Position numbers and translations under genes: made by a program. The notes under the pieces are model-generated. The model was not told where the DNA came from. It made no database searches and saw only the letters and a program-made list of their open reading frames with translations. A stretch of 64,000 nucleotides of DNA from a virus: positions 1 through 64,000 of IMG/VR virus record IMGVR_UViG_3300050016_000171. The stretch is one strand, 5' to 3'. Shown piece by piece: positions 60,365 through 64,000 of this stretch. Numbering within the stretch: position 1 is the stretch's first letter; every line of letters starts with the position of its first letter.

Positions 60365-61671
60365 TACTCTTTGGCCCCGATTTTCTGATTGATCAACTTC
60401 ACGAGCCCTTCGGCGCCAATCTCTGCATACTTCTCGTCAAGGAATCCCAAGAAAGATTCCCACTGGTTGACAGTTAGGTGTTTCGTTTCCGCTGTGGCGA
60501 ACATGGCCTTCACGAAGAATAACATCTTCTGCGCGATGCCCCCGATGCCTTCGCACGGGATCATCTTGCCTTGTTTCAGAATTATGTTCGTATAGTTGAA
60601 CAAACGATCCTTGAAAACCTTGATCTGTTCGGCGTTGGGCTGGTCCTTCAGTTCGACGCGGGGTGGCGGTGGCGGTTCAACCATGGGGTCTCCGATTAGC
60701 TTAGTGGCATTTATGGTTGCTAGGGCCTCCGCAGCAGCCTGTTGCGCAGGCGTGGGAGGGGAAGGAGGGGAAGGAGGGTTGAGGCAAACGTGAGGCTTCC
60801 CATCTTCGTTGACGTAAATTATCGATGTAGGATTGTCGGGATGCGGCCCTTCGTGCACCGGCACGTGACACGCCAGACATTGCTTCACCCAAACAGGTTC
60901 AGGTTGACCCGGCGATTCCAACACGACTTCGCCCTTCTTCCGGCGACGACGTTTCTTGGGCTCTTCTGCGATTGCGGCGGCAATAGTCGCGTTGGTGGCT
61001 TCGATAATATTTTTCACTAGACTGTCGCCCGCAGCAATGATTTTCGGATCGATGGAGGACGTTCCGGCTTCGACAACCGGCAAGACTTGCCCGTTTGGCA
61101 TCTGCACCGTGTCTCCAACTTTCATAGGAGTCACATCGCGGCCCGCCGAAGGATTGGGTGAGAGCGAAGCCGGGGCTGCGATTTCGGCCAAGGGCTGAGT
61201 TGCGCGGGAGATGTCCGTGGTCGTGTTCTGAACTTCTGACTCGTCGAGCAGGCCCCCGCCTACGAATTGAAGCGTGAGGCGGCGGGTAGCGCGCGTTTGC
61301 GCTGTCATGATTGCGTCCGACAGGTACTTGCCACTGCGGCCCCGGGTGTCTGCGGCGCCTACGGCCACGTCTGTGCGGCCTGTCTTGTCGTGGCCCTTGG
61401 CGATGAACATGATGGAGCCGTCGCCCACCACTTCCCGGATCTCGTCAACAGAGATTCCGCGGTTGCCCCTCATGATATCCGTAGCGCCCTTCTTGGCGTA
61501 GAGCACGAGGTGGCGACCGGCGTCACCTGAGTCCAGCCACATGAATTCTAGCAGGCTCAACTCGGGCGGAATCTCGAAATACTCGCACGCGTTAACCTTG
61601 TACTCAGTCTTCTGTGCGTCGCTCAGATTATCCAGACTTGTGAGCGGGATGAATTTTTTCTTGTTTGCCAT
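60364..61671 (-). CDS. putative single-strand annealing (Redbeta/RecT-like) protein
   Basis: LVLYAKKGATD...GRTD.AVGA...AIMTAQTRATRRLTL...GLLDESEV; sits in a recombination gene cluster. Confidence 0.55.
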   Translation of the reverse strand: MANKKKFIPLTSLDNLSDAQKTEYKVNACEYFEIPPELSLLEFMWLDSGDAGRHLVLYAKKGATDIMRGNRGISVDEIREVVGDGSIMFIAKGHDKTGRTDVAVGAADTRGRSGKYLSDAIMTAQTRATRRLTLQFVGGGLLDESEVQNTTTDISRATQPLAEIAAPASLSPNPSAGRDVTPMKVGDTVQMPNGQVLPVVEAGTSSIDPKIIAAGDSLVKNIIEATNATIAAAIAEEPKKRRRRKKGEVVLESPGQPEPVWVKQCLACHVPVHEGPHPDNPTSIIYVNEDGKPHVCLNPPSPPSPPTPAQQAAAEALATINATKLIGDPMVEPPPPPRVELKDQPNAEQIKVFKDRLFNYTNIILKQGKMIPCEGIGGIAQKMLFFVKAMFATAETKHLTVNQWESFLGFLDEKYAEIGAEGLVKLINQKIGAKE

Positions 61672-61680
61672 TTTGTCTCC

Positions 61681-63840
61681 TTATTTGTGATAATACGTGC
61701 TTTCAAAACCGTCGCCCTTCAGAGGAAGACCCGGTGCCCAGTAAATCGGCTGGGACATCTCCCACTCCATCTCCCTCACCCCGGGCGCAAAAGGATCGGT
61801 ACTTTTCTCTGTTACCCCTTCGTCATGCACATGCCCGCAAATCGGCAGCCCTCGTTCGTTCTCGAACTTCAGGAGCACATGCGCCAGCACGTCTCGCGCG
61901 ATGCCCTGCACAATGTTTTCGAAAACCTTGCCGCCGTGCGATGTGACTACGCCCCAGCCGTGCGTCTTCTGGTCCTGACCTGCGTATACCAGCGTGGGTT
62001 TGTAAACATCCACACGGATCGGAACACCGAGAGTATCCAGATCGTTAGTCTCGCGCGTCCAAGGCATCTTGGTGCTCTCGATGCGCGCGTCCATATAGTG
62101 CAGATAGCGACCGCTGGGCAACTGAATCCGAAGGATGGGGTGCCGACTTCGGATAGGAATCTTGTCAATCTTGATGCAGCCGTTGGGGCCTACGTTGCGA
62201 ACCGTATTCGCGCCCTTGAGCACGTCGTCAACGGCCTCTTCCAAGATGTACCAGAACTGGACGATCTCCTTGTACGACTCGCGGAACACGTCTACGATGA
62301 TCTGAGCCTGTTCCAGCGACATTACGACGCCATAGCCTTCTGCGTATTCTCGGAGGGTCGCAGCGCCCATGCGATAGACACAGCCCAGCACGCCCGGCTT
62401 GGCCTGCTGCCTGTGCTTCTTCGCCGCGCCGCGCCGAATGGGGTCCTTCTTGTTTTTGAGATCGAACTCCAAAGTCTCGTACGGAATCTGAGTCGTCTTC
62501 ATCGCGAAATCGATATACGGGTCGCGACCCTTGTGGAACACATCTAGCAGAGGCTGGCACCCCGATACCCATGCGCCCACGCGCGTTTCGATTGCGTTCT
62601 CGTCGGCCACCGCGAACTCGTTGCCGTCTTGGGTTTCGAATGCCGTACGCAGAAGTGACTTGATTACCGATAACACCGCGCCCGGGTCCGGCTTCTCAGG
62701 CGTCGGATGCCCGAATTGTTTCTCTATGGCTTCATAATCGTCGGCCATAACCATGGCACGGGCCATGTTGACGTTGTCCTCGTCCTCGAATCGTTCGTCG
62801 GGTCGCGCCATGTTGTGGAATTGGAGCGCCGTGCTTGACCATCGACCGCAGCGCGCGCTGCCCATGAATGTGAACAGGTTCCGCAATCTCTTATCCGGGG
62901 AGACTTGTCGGAGAATCGTCGCGAACTTCGTATAGGATGTGCTGGCTGCCGTCTGCCTGTTGAGCAGAACTTCTCGGCATAGTGGAGTCAAGTTCGTGTT
63001 GTTCTTCAACTCCGAAGCCACGAAATCTTTCTCGATGGACTCCTCGGCGTAGCCTCGCTCTGTCAACCAAGGTATCAACTGGTCGCCCGAATTCGCGTTC
63101 GCCAATCCCGTGAGTTTGTTCTGGGTGTCCAAGGCGGCTTTTTTCGCGATTCCGGCGATCTTGAATGCCTTGGTAACGAACTCCACGTTCGTCGGCATGC
63201 CTCGGTCATTGACCGTCTGGTCGAATATCCAGACTTCGCGCTCCTTGGGCGGCAGAGGCATCACGCCCAGCAGCACCTCGCGGCGCATGACTTCGCGCTC
63301 GGCTACCACGTCCTGCCGACAGTACTCGATGAACTTCGCCCAATCCTCGGGGTCCGTTTCCTTATCGCGGAAATAGTACTCGACGGGCTCGCCCCTTTTC
63401 TTCTTGCGCTTCGAGGGCATACAGAAAATGTTGATTAGGCGCTTGCCGTCCGCTTCCTTGGCGTAGTCGCGCGGCAGACCCAGAATGATGGAGACATCTT
63501 CCAAAGATGCGGGCAACGATAAGTAACGCGCGCTGGCCTGCGGGTCTTGGAAACGACGAACGGGAAGTGTGACGCCCAACACAAACTTGAAGATGTAACG
63601 CTCGAACGCGCTGTTGAACGCGACGATCTGCACGAGAGGATCGTTAAGCGCGTGGTACAGTTCCTTCGGGACGGGCTCTTCTTCGCAAAGCCACATCTGA
63701 ACTTCGCCTTCGTCAATCGCCCAGCCCAGCATCAGGGCTTTCGTGGACGGGTCGGTGGCGTAGTTGTACAACCCCACGGATTTGGGTCCGCTCAACTGCG
63801 CAGTCGATCTGGTTTCGAAGTCGATGTACAGAGTCTTCAC
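61681..63840 (-). CDS. polA: family A DNA polymerase (phage type)
   Basis: Exo I IDFET, AFNSAFE, YCRQDV; motif A ADENAIETR, B RQQAKPGVLGCVY, C HVHDE. Confidence 0.93.
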   Translation of the reverse strand: MKTLYIDFETRSTAQLSGPKSVGLYNYATDPSTKALMLGWAIDEGEVQMWLCEEEPVPKELYHALNDPLVQIVAFNSAFERYIFKFVLGVTLPVRRFQDPQASARYLSLPASLEDVSIILGLPRDYAKEADGKRLINIFCMPSKRKKKRGEPVEYYFRDKETDPEDWAKFIEYCRQDVVAEREVMRREVLLGVMPLPPKEREVWIFDQTVNDRGMPTNVEFVTKAFKIAGIAKKAALDTQNKLTGLANANSGDQLIPWLTERGYAEESIEKDFVASELKNNTNLTPLCREVLLNRQTAASTSYTKFATILRQVSPDKRLRNLFTFMGSARCGRWSSTALQFHNMARPDERFEDEDNVNMARAMVMADDYEAIEKQFGHPTPEKPDPGAVLSVIKSLLRTAFETQDGNEFAVADENAIETRVGAWVSGCQPLLDVFHKGRDPYIDFAMKTTQIPYETLEFDLKNKKDPIRRGAAKKHRQQAKPGVLGCVYRMGAATLREYAEGYGVVMSLEQAQIIVDVFRESYKEIVQFWYILEEAVDDVLKGANTVRNVGPNGCIKIDKIPIRSRHPILRIQLPSGRYLHYMDARIESTKMPWTRETNDLDTLGVPIRVDVYKPTLVYAGQDQKTHGWGVVTSHGGKVFENIVQGIARDVLAHVLLKFENERGLPICGHVHDEGVTEKSTDPFAPGVREMEWEMSQPIYWAPGLPLKGDGFESTYYHK

Positions 63841-63856
63841 TGCGGCCCCTTATACC

Positions 63857-64000
63857 TTAAACCGCTTCGTTTCCTGCAATATCCCATCCCGCAGGAGCTG
63901 TACCGCGCCGAAACAGCTCAAGCTTTCTGCCGTGGTCATATAAGCCCTCAATGATTTTGCGGAACTCTTCCGGCTTCTCCGAATGTTTTGTGCGCCCTAT
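63857..64000 (-). CDS. MT-A70-family adenine methyltransferase, C-terminal fragment
   Basis: Translates to ...HSEKPEEFRKIIEGLYDHGRKLELFRRG...GWDIAGNEAV*, the MT-A70 C-terminal signature. Confidence 0.8.
   Translation of the reverse strand: MGRTKHSEKPEEFRKIIEGLYDHGRKLELFRRGTAPAGWDIAGNEAV

Noticed and set aside
1-64000. Stop-codon reassignment or a prophage/host junction
   Set aside because: Core genes are intact in the standard code, all three stop codons are used, and no host housekeeping genes are evident.

Overview
A 64 kb segment of a tailed, probably temperate bacteriophage with podovirus-type virion genes; no host genes are evident. The + strand (1-35,700) carries the late module: holin-like gene, secreted trypsin-like protease, large terminase, portal, scaffold, major capsid, tail spike and fibre-like proteins, adaptor and nozzle proteins, ejection proteins and a complete tmRNA. 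The - strand (35,687-64,000) carries early genes: tyrosine integrase, many small membrane proteins, SNF2 and UvrD helicases, two RNA ligases, Pnkp, GH108 lysin, PD-(D/E)XK nuclease, annealing protein, family A DNA polymerase and the end of an MT-A70 methyltransferase. Main highlights: (1) a promoter plus two-hairpin kissing-loop leader with covarying 7-bp loop-loop pairing, found in front of two unrelated homing endonuclease genes and covering their ribosome-binding sites; (2) two DUF3494 (IBP-1) ice-binding domains in virion-module proteins, one inserted in the tail nozzle; (3) a 215-nt ORF-less group I intron in the major capsid gene, next to a free-standing GIY-YIG endonuclease; (4) a translation-rescue and anti-defence set of tmRNA, two RNA ligases, Pnkp and an Acb2/Tad1-like protein. 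All family calls come from motif recognition by eye; no database searches were run.
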